A stretch of DNA of 61,181 nucleotides, filler included, from Dugesia japonica (lineage: Eukaryota): the NCBI GenBank assembly GCA_001938525.1. It is 6 parts of 6 records of this genome, joined end to end, with 100 filler letters (N's around TTAATTAATTAA, not from the genome) between each part and the next. Parts side by side here need not be neighbours in the genome. Positions count along the whole stretch, not along the records: positions 29,466 to 40,271 come from MQRL01648151.1; positions 40,372 to 51,680 come from MQRL01647359.1; positions 51,781 to 61,181 come from MQRL01470820.1; 3 more parts are not named here. One strand, written 5' to 3'. Under the pieces are notes generated by a model. It had not been told where the DNA came from, did no database searches, and saw only the letters and a program-made list of their open reading frames with translations. Numbering within the stretch: the first letter of the stretch is position 1; each line of letters opens with the position of its first letter. The position numbers were made by a program, and so were the translations under genes. Below are positions 38,459 through 52,236 of this stretch, one piece after another.

Positions 38459-39907
38459 CAGGGTAGCGCAAAAGTCACGCATCATAGGAAATTTTAAGAA
38501 AAAAGATAAATTTTATGTTTTTTGATGGTTTACCTTACTGTTATCTTTAAAGTTTTGAAAATTTAAATTGATTATTAATGTTATACTGTAATAATATTAA
38601 TTCTGTTAAATGTAGATCAAATTATGGAAGCTTAATTAACAAAAAATGGAAATGTTGAATTAGTTGTAATGTGTGGTCGGCCAGGTTCTTCCAATTGATC
38701 AAAAGTTGTTGATTTTGGTTAAAAATATTCATAGAAAAACCAGATTAACCAGACAACTGTTGCCAGGCTAATAAAACGATTCAAAAAAACACGAAGTGTT
38801 GGAAATAAATCTTAAATAAATGATGAAGAAAATGCGAAAATTGTTTGAAAGAAGTTGCTATAACTTCAAAAAAGTTTACGAAAACTTGTTCAGACGACAA
38901 GTATTAACAGGAAGTCTATCCAGAAAAATCTTAAAAACATCATGTTCATACATACAAAGTACATGTCGCTCAAGAATTGTATGGTGATGATACCGATTGT
39001 CATGTGGAATTCTTTCAATGGTTTTTGAAACAGAGAAACATTATTCCAAACATTTTCTTTAGTAACGAAGTGGCATTTCACATCAGTGGTCAAGTCACTA
39101 GGCATATTGCACGTTATTTGTCTGATGTGAATCTTTATTGGATGAAGGCAACTCATTTACAACATAAAACCACAGTAAAGAATGAACAGTTTATCGTCCC
39201 ATACTTCTTTAAAATTAATGTCACAGGAGAAAGATATTTGCATATGTTACAGAAATTCTTAATGATTATTTTGAACAGATGTTAAGTGCAAAAATCAACA
39301 CATGTATGGTTCATGCCTGATGATGCACCCCTTATATTTTTCTTCAATCGTTAGCAAATCTGTTAATGTTTCATTTTTGAACAAGAAGGTAGTGTGGCGT
39401 GGTGCTGTAGAATAGTCACCTTGGTTTCCAGAGTTTTCTCTCGAATTATTTCTGTGGGGTTATTTGAAATCCGTTGTGTATGTAAACCAACCCAAGATAC
39501 CTCTAAGATTTTAAAAAAAGAATAATATTGAAATGTGCAAAGATCAAAGTCCAAGTGTTGCAAAATATTCAGACTTCTTGTGTACACCAAATTTAAAAGT
39601 GTTTAGAAGTTTAAGGTCACCAGTTTGAAAATTTATTTTAAAAAAACTACTATTTTTATCATTAAGAAAAATTTCTTATGGTGCACGACTTTTCATTTAA
39701 TTTTTTTGTTAATTTAGCTTCCATAATTTAATTTACATTTAACAGAATTAATATTATTACAGTATAACATTAATAATCAACTAAAGTTTTCAAAAATTTT
39801 ATAATAAATGCAAAAGAAAACAATAAATATGATAAAAAAATGAAAAAACATAAAATTTATCTTTTTACTTAAAATTTCTTACGGTGCGCAACCTTTGCGC
39901 CATCCTG
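38459..39907 (+). mobile_element. Tc1/mariner (Tc3-like) DNA transposon with both ends, TA TSD, ~190-bp inverted termini and decayed transposase
   Basis: TA|CAGGGTAGCGCAAAAG...CTTTGCGCCATCCTG|TA; IFFSNEVAFHISGQVTRH, VTGERYLHML, WFMPDDAP. Confidence 0.92.
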
Positions 39908-40271
39908 TATATGATATCAATTTTCTTTGCAATACTATTTTCTAAATTATCTTTTTTTTTAAATATTTTTTTTATATTAATATTTTTTATTTACAATATT
40001 TTATAATCTTCTGGTAATTTTTTTTTTTAATTTAATTATTTTCATAACCATTTATTTTTTTATTCCTCTAACTATTAGTTGTAGAGCCATTTATTTTAAA
40101 TTTAGGTCTTTTTTGCAATATATAAATTAACATTTCAATAAATTTGAAAATTAATGATAAACTCTGCTGTTTTAAAATTATAAATAAATAAATATAAAAA
40201 TTATTTCATAATTACAATTATTGTGAGAATAATTGTTGGACTTAACCATTGATCGGATTTGAGATTTCATT

Positions 40272-40370
40272 NNNNNNNNNNNNNNNNNNNNNNNNNNNNN
40301 NNNNNNNNNNNNNNNTTAATTAATTAANNNNNNNNNNNNNNNNNNNNNNNNNNNNNNNNNNNNNNNNNNN
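40272..40370. other. Artificial contig-joining spacer
   Basis: TTAATTAATTAA at 40316-40327 flanked by N runs. Confidence 0.97.
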
Positions 40371-41992
40371 NAATATCCTCCTTTCTACTAGTATTATGGG
40401 GGAAAATTCCTCTCAGCTTTCTAGCAATTGATTACTTGAATATTTCGATTCGATTTTTGTGATATTTGAGTTATAAATGTGTATATTCAATGAATATCAA
40501 TATTTTTATTCTAATTAATATTAATTTTTGTTCTATATGTAGCGGCACCTCGTGATTATACAAATAGGTGGGGCTAAGCAGAAAAAAACTTGAATAGTAG
40601 TTTTTAACAGACATTTTTCATAAAGCATTACAATTTACAAACAACATACGCTTATAAAAACATGAGAAAAAGCACATTTATACAAATACTCAGCTTTTCT
40701 ATTTTCTATCTGCCCAAATCTCAAAAAATCTATCATTGGTTTTCAAAAAAATTTATATTTGCTTATCTTAAAGCTTAGATTGTGCAAAAATATTGGTATA
40801 ATGCAGGATATGTCCGTCATAATCAGCTAACGTTCGGAAATATATCNCTAGTTGACTAATCTAATATTTTAGACATTTTATATTTGATAATTAACAAACA
40901 AATTGCCAATTTTGTATCGTATTTATTAAATATTCTTCGAAATGGCAAAAAATCCGATTAAGAATAGAGAAGTTCCGGGAATAATGTTTTTGTTTTGTTT
41001 TAAATATATAAATATTGCTGTAAGAAAATACAACTTTTCTTCTAATATAGTTTGTGATCAGGTCGCAACACCACTAAATATATAAGCTGAGATTTCAGCA
41101 CGAAGACTGTAACTATTGGGTAAAATTTTACTTTATTCCTATTAAATTATCGGATTCTAAATCTCAAATGATGGTTCATTTTAGGATAATAATAAATTTT
41201 AAGTAATATAACTACTAATATTTTCAAAAAGCGTTATTTCACGACAACTAAAATTTATACTGTTTACCGATGTACTAAATTTGTTATGCATTACTATCAT
41301 TGTGAGAAAAAGTTAAAAAGTATGTTTCAATTTTATCAGAGACAATTAATTTAATGAAATTAAAAAATACGCTATTTAAATATCCAACTTAGTTTTTCAG
41401 TTTCAATTTTTGGTTGACATTGTGTTGTAAATAAGAGCTATTTGAATTAAAGAGAATATTTACTGTAAGCGCATATTGAGTTGCTTTAGGATTGTATTTG
41501 GTATTAATAATTTATTTGTATATTTGTGCTATTAAATTTTAAAGAATAATCTGTAATATCTACATCTATTATTTGTGATTTATTAGTAGTATTTTCCATT
41601 ATTTTAAATTCTGAATTAAGCACATATTTCAGTATAAAGTGAAGTTTCTGGTTATTACAAATTTTTGGATCTATCAATATTATAAATAAAAGTTTGTATT
41701 GGTAATTTGTATTGAGTGTTAACATACGTCACATCATATGGTCACGTCATATTCGACAGTAACATATTACAGTAACAAAACTTTTAACGCAAAATTTTAT
41801 TTAAATGAAGTACTGCCACTCTTAGAGATTGGAATCTTCAATAATTATTTTCGTTCAAAAATAAACTAAATCAAATCAGTATTTATACTGATTTTACATA
41901 CGCCCTCAACCACACAATTTAATTACTCACATAAAAGAATACACAAAGTTTCATATAAACAAAATCATTTTGTTTAAACATATTCCAGAATT

Positions 41993-42060
<68 letters not shown>

Positions 42061-42110
42061 NNNNNNNNNNNNNNNNNNNNNNNNNNNNNNNNNNNNNNNN
42101 NNNNNNNNNN

Positions 42111-42177
<67 letters not shown>

Positions 42178-42416
42178 TATTCATTCTGTTATATATAATA
42201 ACCTTCTTTATATACGGTTACATATACTTTATAAGTGTTTAGCGCAGTCGTGTAGCTACGGGGAAGAAATTGGAAGCAACGCTTCTGGGCCCCGGGCTCT
42301 AGGGGCCCCTTTAAATATTTATTTGGATTATATATTATTTTTATTATTATATATTATTATTATATATTATGTATTATTTATATATAAAAAAAATCATATA
42401 TTATATATTATTTATA

Positions 42417-44731
42417 TGTTGGGGTTCTACCTGAGTTTGGAAAAAGGTGACTGGGGAAAAGCAGTCCTCAGGGGAACCCTTTCAAGAATTTAACCCTACC
42501 GTCCCTATGGTAGGTTTTCAGTTTATTGNGGTTGACCTTACCCTTGATGGAAGGTGCACACCAATAAACCTTTTGTTCGGGTTCTATATTTTCCCTATGG
42601 TTATTTTGTGGTAATTAAAAGTCTTTACTATTCTAATCAAAATGTTTATTTGACAATACATAGTTATAATAAATTCAAGGCTTCTGGATCTAGCCATTAG
42701 TCAGGGGATGTGACGATAAGGTTAAAGGTCGCAATATCTTCGTCATCATCCCACTGAGTCGTATTTGGATTTCCCAGTTGACGGGACAAGTCGAAGATGT
42801 ACTGTTTGAGGAACTCTATCTTACGTTGAAGGAGGAGTTTGTTTTCGGTTTCTAGAGCCTTAGTTTGGGTGGCTAAATCGAATTGCTTCTTTACGACCAG
42901 ATCGAGTTTTTTAATTAATCGATCGCGTTGTGCTATCATTATCAATACTAAGGTCGTCGAAGTTAATCGTGGTTGTACGGGTAATGATGAAATGTTAGTC
43001 ATCAGTATTATGATACGAAAACTAGTAATAATAAGAATAATCTTAAACTGATTAAGGTCGATGTCATCACGAATAATCATAATTTTAAACTTTATCATTA
43101 TTTTCTCTGAGTATAATAGATAATCATTTTATTAATAAAATTAATATAATATCACTAATTGTTAGATTCAAATTGGTTGCAACGCGGGGTTTCCTTAGCA
43201 ACGAATATATCGCTATATCAGTTATATTGACTACCTTGTGTGTGAAAATTGTATGTTGCTGTTGTGTTAGTGTGTGAGTAGACATTTCCGCAGATCAACT
43301 ATACTCCTGACAGATTTTCATGTTCTACTGGTTAGAAATATGCAATTCATCAACGGCTGTTAATATGCAAACTTCGTCGTTAATTTATTAAAAACTATTT
43401 NATTCTGAGGCACTCGATAATGCTTGCAGGGAAATTGGAATTTTCACTCGACATAAAAATCATGGATTATTTCTCAGTTAAGCTTGTTAGAGAATTTAAG
43501 AGTAGATTCAAAACAATTATGATCATTTTATCTAACATTGAAATTTGTGTCACCTGATTATAGTTCAGTTATAGGCATATAATAAATAAGATATAGGAAT
43601 ACAATTACCAAATTCATATTAATTTTTGTAGATCATAATTTATTAAATCTTTTAACAGTTAACAATTTCACACTGATTTTATTAAATCTAATTAAATAAC
43701 AGTTAACATATTCACATTGATTTTGTAGAACATAATTTATTGACTATCATAAAATTACAATGATTAATAATTTGAAATTAATAATTTACTTATTAATAAT
43801 GATCAACTTCTGCAACGGGTTTCCTTTTGGCAAACTTGACAATTCCGATCCTGAGACTGTTTTGAAAATTGGTGTAGAATAACTTTCTAAAGGGTAATAA
43901 TTATTTGGAATTCCGGGTGGTATTTTACCTTCTGCACCGAGAGTTCTATAACTTGTTTATCGTGAACCGACAACAATCGTGATTTAGTGATAGTTGATAT
44001 AACTGATAACTTGGTTTAATTCGCACTACTTTAGTGGTGATACTGGATGTCTATTATCTTGACTTAATTGAAATAATGATATCTATTTCTTCTAAAACTA
44101 GGGGTCCTTTTATAAGATTTTCTTGACACCCCAACTCGGTTTAGATTTACTGGTATTTTTAGACCAGCTCTTTTCTAATTTTATTGGTGTTAGCACCAAT
44201 TTTCTGAAAATCTCTGACAATTTCGGTGCCATGATTGGCAATTATTTTTAGAGCNNNNNNNNNNNNNNNNNNCTTTGTTTTATTTTTATTTTCTGGCCGC
44301 TCATTGGTCGAATCTTAGAATCCCTACCATACCCCTCTGGAAGGTGGAACGTTTTTTCTTTTTAGGGTCCTAATTGCACTTGACTATTTTCTTCTCGATT
44401 TTTCTTGTTGGAATATTTTCTGNNNNNNNNNNNNNNNNNNNNNNNNNNNNNNNNNNNNNNNNNNNNNNNNNNGAAAAACAGATTTTCATCTAATTTTGTT
44501 TGATTTTTTGTTTGAAATTAATTAATTTTCCATATTAATTAATTATCTTCCATAATATTTTTCCTTGTTAATTCTTTTTGTTTATTAATTTTTCCTTAAT
44601 TATGGATCATATGTTGCTTCTATTTACCTTGCATTTTCTTTATTTTAACTTCATATCCTTTTATGGCCTTTTTTGGTGCTTTATTTCTCCTTTGTTTTAT
44701 TCTCTACTTTAGTGGGTGTTTCACCCCAACA
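42417..44731 (-). mobile_element. Solo LTR, ~2.3 kb
   Basis: TGTTGGGG...CCCCAACA 8-bp terminal inverted repeat, TATA 4-bp TSD on both sides; CCAAT boxes and TATAAAA (~44108-44114) on the minus strand. Confidence 0.8.
42697..43098 (-). CDS. Coiled-coil ORF (133 aa) encoded inside the solo LTR
   Basis: Open ORF; heptads RDRLIKKLDLVVKKQFDLATQTKALETENKLLLQRKIEFLKQYIFDL; acidic tail WDDDED. Confidence 0.5.
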   Translation of the reverse strand: MIKFKIMIIRDDIDLNQFKIILIITSFRIIILMTNISSLPVQPRLTSTTLVLIMIAQRDRLIKKLDLVVKKQFDLATQTKALETENKLLLQRKIEFLKQYIFDLSRQLGNPNTTQWDDDEDIATFNLIVTSPD

Positions 44732-47051
44732 TATATATAAAAAAAGGATTTATTTAATTAAATTTTTTTACTTTTTTGTTTATAAATATCGTTTATAAAT
44801 ACTAAAATATCATTTACATTTTTTNATTTAAAATTAAATTATAACTACAAAACAACATTATTAAATAATCATCCACGTAACGTCATCTATTGGTTTCTGA
44901 ATAAATGAAAAATGTTAGTAGGGCCCCGTAGTTTGAAATTGCTTATGGGCCTAAAATATCTAGTTTAGCGTTATTGAATTATGGTTGGATTCATTAATAA
45001 CCTTAGAAGAATTTCAGCTTAAAGAAAAATATACCAAGGACTATAAATGTGCAACCAGAAGAATGTCTTGATACATTTCAAATAGGAAAATTGAAAATAA
45101 ATAATTAACTTTCGATAACAGCAGAAGTTGGAAAACATTAGCTGAAACAGTCATTAAAAGCGGAAATTTTGGTGGAAATGGAGGTTGTACGGGAAAATGG
45201 AAAAATAATGAATTAAAGAGAGTGACAGAATCGGAGGATTATACGATCGAAAAAGAATTTGGAAGAATGGTGATAAACCTACCGTTAGCTGTCGCTAAAT
45301 TATCCATTTCGTTTTCCATAAAAAGAGATCGTAAAAATAATTGAATTAATTGGTAAAATTTATTAATATACTCTTGTTTGTTTTTCAATTCTGAATAATA
45401 AAACAAATACAGTGAATAATAATTGAAAAAATATATCTCTCTTTTCAGTGTTTCTTTACAAGGTCAACAAATATTGATATATATTTTCTCGAATAGTTCA
45501 TTTATCAGTCCAACTTTAGTTTAACTTTTTTACCTTTATCGACAACATCTTTATTTTCGGACATAAATCAAATCCTAATATAATTCTTTTCATTTCAGCT
45601 ACCAAATTCTTCATATCAAAATTATTTTGTATTCTTTTGTTTGAATATTCATTATTTTAACTTTTGTAAAATTAGTGAATAAATTTGGGATGAAAACTTG
45701 TGATTGTGCTAATTTAATTAATATAGATAATTGTCGAAAATTCGAATTACTAACAACAGAACTAAAACAACAAAACAACATTTTGATTTAAGATTTTTAA
45801 TTTATAGAAACTTGAAAAATGCGATTGACGGTTAAGTCCAATAATTATTCTCGCAATCATTGTAATTATATGACCTTCATTAATCAATAGATTTTCAATA
45901 AAAATAGAAATAAATGTACTATTTGTTTAATTAGACCAAAAAATATTCGAAAAAAGACGTCTACAGGAAACAATTTCACGATCTTACTAAACTAATTTTT
46001 ATTGCAAAATAAATTCAATAAAATTAGATTAAATCAATTAATATGCTGATATTACAATATAAATAATTAATGAGAAACAACTATAAATTTTGGCTCAAGT
46101 TTATAATGCTAGTAATTTGGAAGAATACAAAGAAATTAATTTTTATAATTGAATTTTTCCCATTAAATTTGTAATTTTTACGCTATCCTTNNNNNNNNNN
46201 NNNNNNNNNNNNNNNNNNNNNNNNNNNNNNNNNNNNNNNNNNNNNNNNNNNNNNNNNNNCTTTCTCTTTATTTAATTCACTTGAAAAGGAAATTTGTTTT
46301 TAATTTAGTTATTTGTTAATAGTTTCACAATAAACAGCCCACTCACGTATAGAAATTTCAATTTTGCAATAAATTATATATTACTCACTAACTATAAACC
46401 AAAAAAAAAATTTACATTCTATTCTTTTTCAATTTTCATACATCTCTCTTTAATATTGAAATTGAAACTCCAATAAATATTTGACATCTATAATTTTCAC
46501 TCCCAGTAATTCGAAATTTGCAACAAAATTACTAGATTGCATCGAAAAATAAATTATAAATTACGGATTGAATCTCTTATCTTAATTTTTCAGAGAAAAA
46601 AACGTAGAAAAACTGCATGTATGTACATAAGCATAAAATAAAAGTGATAAAATAACCATTTTGAATAACTGCTTGTGCCATTCGCGTTTCCAATGTCTTT
46701 TTAATATTAAGAAATACACACTATTCCTTTAAATGCTGTTCCAGCTGTGAGGAAGCCAATTAGCCTAACAAATGTATGCGTGTTGTGTAGTCATCTAAAA
46801 TTTTCTAGCCACGATCATGATATACACACATCCTCGCTGTTATAACTGAAATTAAGGTTGTTGTCGAAACTGAAAAATCACATTCAACTGATCTATCGAT
46901 TTAGAATCAGCTGTGTTGATTTGATGCTAATATTAGAATAACGCATTTACTATGAAATTTTGAGTGTTGCATTTTATTAAAACGGATTTATCCACTTGAG
47001 CTTGAGATTAATGATTGTTGAAATTTTTACCTTCAAATTACTGTCATATCT

Positions 47052-47177
47052 ATGACTCAATCAATCAATTCAGAGTCACCGTCAGTTTCGACATCTAACG
47101 TTATAATATCCAATGCCACTATATCTCGCCCTGCATTTAGTTGGTGTTCGAAATGCGGTCAAAGCATGGAAATTAGC
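47052..47177 (+). CDS. Candidate first coding exon of a host gene (CxxC start, possibly a LIM or other zinc finger)
   Basis: ATG, Ser-rich leader, CSKCGQSMEIS, consensus donor GTAAGT at 47178 (phase 0), then a drop to intron-like AT content; unique GC-richer upstream region 46620-47050. Confidence 0.5.
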
Positions 47178-50100
47178 GTAAGTTGTTATTTCATTTATGA
47201 TTTCTATTTAAATTTTGAAAAATATGAATGTTTCATTTTAAAATTTTTCATATTTAATTGTTGAATTTCATTGATTAAATTTGTTTTAATTTTAAAATAA
47301 TAAGGAAAAATTACCATTTTATTTTATTTTAACTGTCTAATTAAATAGAAAATCCATTTTTAAATTGAAAAATACATTAATTGTTATTATTTTCAAGTTA
47401 CAAGAGTTTTCTATCAATTTTTAATAGATAATAATATCGATTTTCGATAAGAATCTTTATAATATTAATAATGCCAAATATATACTAATCGTTGTTCATT
47501 AGATATATAATGGTACAGAATAAAAAAAAATAATCCATTTAATTCTATTTGATAAATTAAATTTGTTTATTTGAAGTTAATACAACACATTACAATTTTA
47601 TTTTTTTATGGAGTTGTTAATGGTCACATTGATTAAGAAAAATTTTATTTTTCAAAGCTAATTTATCAAATTTAAATTGTTTGTTTTAATTAATAATTTC
47701 AATAACATCGACAATAACAATTGAAAAAATTAAGTTTTTTAATGATTTAAAATTTTTTCATTCAAAGACTTCGTACATAATAAATTCTGTCGATATTTAT
47801 GGCGTTTAATAATTCATTAATAATAATAATAAATCTTTATTAAATCTCCAGACATTTTCATTATTACCAATCTTTTCATCAAATTGCATTTTTCAGCATT
47901 TCAATTAGCAGTTACGAAAATTAAAAAATACATTCTCCATCTTATGGTAGTTGTTAACATCATTATTAATAATGAATTTATCGTTGTAAAATGTAATAAA
48001 ATAATTATCTAAATCGATAAGAACGTAAAATATAACTAGATAATTGAAGTCAATTTTCATTAATATTTTCATTCATTCAACTACTAAGATTTCATAACTA
48101 GTATTATTTCAAAGTACTGTCTCGTATTTATTTATATTCTAGTATCATAGAAAACATTAATCGATTATATTTATTAGTTTTTTAATACAAATTTCATATT
48201 AAATTTTCTCCTAATTGCATTATTTGATCATTTTTCTATATTTAATAATTTATTCAATCGTTGAAATTCTACTTTTTATATTATATTTTCAGTAATTTAT
48301 CGATCTTAAATATTTCAAATATTTTAATANNNNNNNNNNNNNNNNNNNNNNNNNNNNNNNNNNNNNNNNNNNNNNNNNAAACAAAAACTAAACAAATAAT
48401 GTAGAAAGATAAATTGATCAATGCTGGAATATTTTTATCATATCAACTGTAAAGTCAAATAATTACTTTAGAAATCATTTAAATATGAAAAATGTGGTAT
48501 TGAATGTTTATTTTGATTTTGTTAAAAAAAAACTTGGAATTAATCTTTTTAAATTATAATTGAAATAATTTCTCACTATAAATTTTCAACATTTTATTTC
48601 TAGAATTTTTAATATGAAATTCAATTTGTTTAAATGATACATTGGTTTCATTTCAATTTACCATTTCTCTGATTGAGTACAACAATGTATTGATACATTG
48701 CAAATGTCATAAATACCGAGTTCGCCTACATTTCTGCTTTTTGTCTGAATCAAAATACGTTAAGACTTTTTCACNNNNNNNNNNNNNNNNNNNNNNNNNN
48801 NNNNNNNNNNNNNNNNNNNNNNNNNNNNNNNNNNNNNNNNNNNNNNNNNNNNNNNNNNNNNNNNNNNNNNNNNNNNNNNNNNNNNNNNNTTATTATTATT
48901 ATAATCATTTAATACATCAATTTTAATAAAAAACTTTTAAATAATGTTATATAATAATATATTTATATTAAATTCATTTGAAAAATTTACTTTAAAAAAA
49001 CACATTTTCAAAATAAAATTTATTTAAAAAAATCTATTATTGTTAAAAATTGAAATCGATTTCTCAAAAAAAAACAAACTCTAATTAATTTTCATATATC
49101 AATACTGAGAGTAAAGTAATTATATTTCATTACTTCTTTTGATCTTAGTGATTACAAATTTGTCAAAAAATTGAGATTAATTGTAAACTTATTTAAAATA
49201 TTTGTATGTAATACAAATCAGGAATAATGAAAGAAAAAATGTTTTCTTAATATGTTTTATATTACTTTTAATTAAATTATTTGTTTATTTGAAACAAAAT
49301 GTTATTAAATAATTTATTGTTAAGATATTATTGTTAATTAACTTTGAGTATTGGTGTCTGTCAACATTAATATTAGAATATTAAAATACAATTAATCTTT
49401 GTTTAATAAATTAAAATATTTAATTAAATTCAAAGTAACGATTAAAATGCTTTGATAAAAGTTTTTAATTCAATGAAATCTTATATACGATCAATGGTTA
49501 AGTCCAAGAATTATTATCGCAAAAATTGTAATTGTAAAATAAAAATAACACTGTAACCTCTTGCTTCTGATTGATTTCTGATTATTTTCACAATTTTTCT
49601 CATTTTGCGCTTCCTCAATTTTTGTTTTCTATTTTTGAAATTGAAAAAGAAATAAATCAATTTTATTTGTAATTAATTATAATATAATTTTATCTGTCTA
49701 TTCAGAATTCCAAATTCAGCCATTTGTTTCCTGATTTTTGTTGTACTTTTTATTCTTGATAGTACATTTGTTTTTTGATAAATGTTTTGAAATCTTAAAG
49801 GATTTGGTTTTATATCATTTTATTTTATAAATACTATATAATTTGGTAATAAACAATATAAATATTATAATAATAAGCGATCTTTTATTCAATAAGTGTA
49901 ATATTCTTGTTTTTTTATAAAAATTTATTTTCTTATACAAAAATGCATGTATATACATACATATATGCATGTATATATGCTCTATAATATATAAATAATA
50001 ATAAAATCAAATAAAATGTGAATAGTATTTATTGACACAATTATGAGATTTTACAAAATAAAACTGAAAATCCTGGCTGTAAGAATGATTCACAAGTTTT

Positions 50101-50760
50101 AAATATCTTGGAAATTTTTTTATATTTTATGTCATCAGATTTTGAGGTTCTGAAATTTTTATTGGATATATAAAAAAATATTAAGTTATAAATTAAGTTA
50201 TATAATATATAATATAATATATAATATATAATATAATATAGTAATATATATATAAATAAATTTATTTTGTACTTACCATAGAAATTATTTATTTTTTTGA
50301 AAGTGTTTATTTTTTGGCACCTCAGAATCCGGTCACATATTATATTAAAATTTACATTCAAATATTTACATTCAAAAAAAATGTACTTAAGAGATTTTTA
50401 AAAAAATTTAAAAATTTTTACAAACAAATTAATTTAAATAATTTGTATATATTATATTAAGTAAAATTATAAAAGTATAAATAATTTAAAAGAAATTATG
50501 TAGAAAAATGATTAAAAATATAAATATTTTGTAGAATTAAAAATTGATATTTTTAAAATATTTTACTCTAAATTTCTCAGATTATTTGTTTGAATACTAT
50601 GGATTGTTCTTCGTCATTTTCACTTTAATCAAAAAACTTGTGATAATAAATAAAAACTTATGGAGAGTTGTGGTGTTTTATCTTATTAATGCAATTATCT
50701 TATTATTCCAATTAATAATCAATTTTCAAATTAAATATTAAATTAACATTTAGTTTAAAA

Positions 50761-51659
50761 ATGAATCAAGCAAAAACTTCAAATAATTTCAAATAATAAT
50801 TTAAAAGTGGTAATTTCAGTGTCACAGAAAAACAAAGTCTTAGTGCTACTAGAATATGCAGCAATGAATACTTGAAACGATTACTCTTTGATAATTCGGT
50901 ACAGACACAGACGGAGCTTATAAAACAATTGGAAATAACTCATCAAACTGTTTCTATGAGTAAGATTCAAAGAGAAAGAAAATAGATCTTGTACGATCTC
51001 AATCCAACAAAAATCAACGAATAGAAACCTAATTTTCTCATCTTAATAGACAGCGTCAAAAGTCATTCTTGTGAAAAATTGTGACGGAAGATGAGAAATA
51101 GATACAATATAATAGTTAGAAACGCAAAAAATCATTGGCAAATCCCGGAAAACCATGAAAATCGACTGTAACGTCTAATGGTTTCGGAAAAGAAGTAATT
51201 CTCTGTATCTGGTGGGATATTAATAGCGTGCAGTATTATGAGCTATTGAAACTCGATGAAACAGTTACTGCTGATTGCTACAAATACCAATTAATCAAAT
51301 TATGTTAACATTTGGAGCTGAAACGTCCGTTTAGTTGAAAAGAAAAACGTCCTTTGAAATTGTTGCATGACAACGCTAGGCCACATATTGCTTCAAAGAC
51401 AAAGGATACCATAATGAAACTTGGCCGAGTAATCTTGGAGCACTCAGCGTATTTACCAGATATTGCCACAACTTATTATCTTTTGTTTCAATCGTTGCGT
51501 ACCTTGTGCGATACACACTTTCAATCAATGGATGATATCTGAAAATGGCTTGATGGCTTTATTGAGTTCAAACAACCAGAACTTTTTCAAAATTGAATTC
51601 ATCTGTTGCCTGTAAAATGGCTTAAAGTTATCAATAACCACGTCGATAACTTTGATTGA
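50761..51659 (+). mobile_element. Mos1-like mariner transposase pseudogene
   Basis: FKSGNFS, IVTEDEK*IQY, VILCIWWD..YYELL, LLHDNARPH, HSAYLPDIATTYY (YSPDLAPSDY-like), WLKVINN. Confidence 0.95.
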
Positions 51660-51681
51660 AATATTTGTGTCACTTTTTTAN

Positions 51682-51780
51682 NNNNNNNNNNNNNNNNNNN
51701 NNNNNNNNNNNNNNNNNNNNNNNNTTAATTAATTAANNNNNNNNNNNNNNNNNNNNNNNNNNNNNNNNNNNNNNNNNNNN
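51682..51780. other. Artificial contig-joining spacer
   Basis: TTAATTAATTAA at 51725-51736 flanked by N runs. Confidence 0.97.
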
Positions 51781-51836
<56 letters not shown>

Positions 51837-52236
51837 ATATTATTATGGGTGCTTACTAGATATCTGTTAAAAGTTAACGATAAAGAAGGAATCACAAAAT
51901 TAGGTTAATATATCTTAATATATCATAAAAAGCTCTTATTAATTAATAGTTCAAAATCATAAGTAGCCTCTATTTATCGGAAACGATAAATCCAAAAGTA
52001 ATTTTTTGTCCATTGTTATGTAATAAGTTTATATATGCTTTAACATAACTTTACTACTAAATGGAAATCATCCAGCATAATAGCATTTTAGAATAGTTTA
52101 CTGATAAAAGAAATTATATTACTGATAATTTTAGTATTATTGGTTAGAAATGAAATACTAATACTAAGAAACGAAAGGTTAAGTACTGCTAAACATAATA
52201 GCCGTTATAATGATAATTTACAATTTTGCTTTCAGG

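Larger units (their letters stand above)
42245..44976. mobile_element. Probable non-autonomous hAT-like element whose AT-rich interior hosts the solo LTR
   Basis: GC-rich GGGCCCC-containing ends (42245-42312 and 44920-44976) typical of Ac-type subtermini; TIR match is weak. Confidence 0.4.

Noticed and set aside
40880-41060. hAT dimerisation-domain remnant (IIPGTS..FAIS, minus strand)
   Set aside because: Single weak motif, too decayed to call
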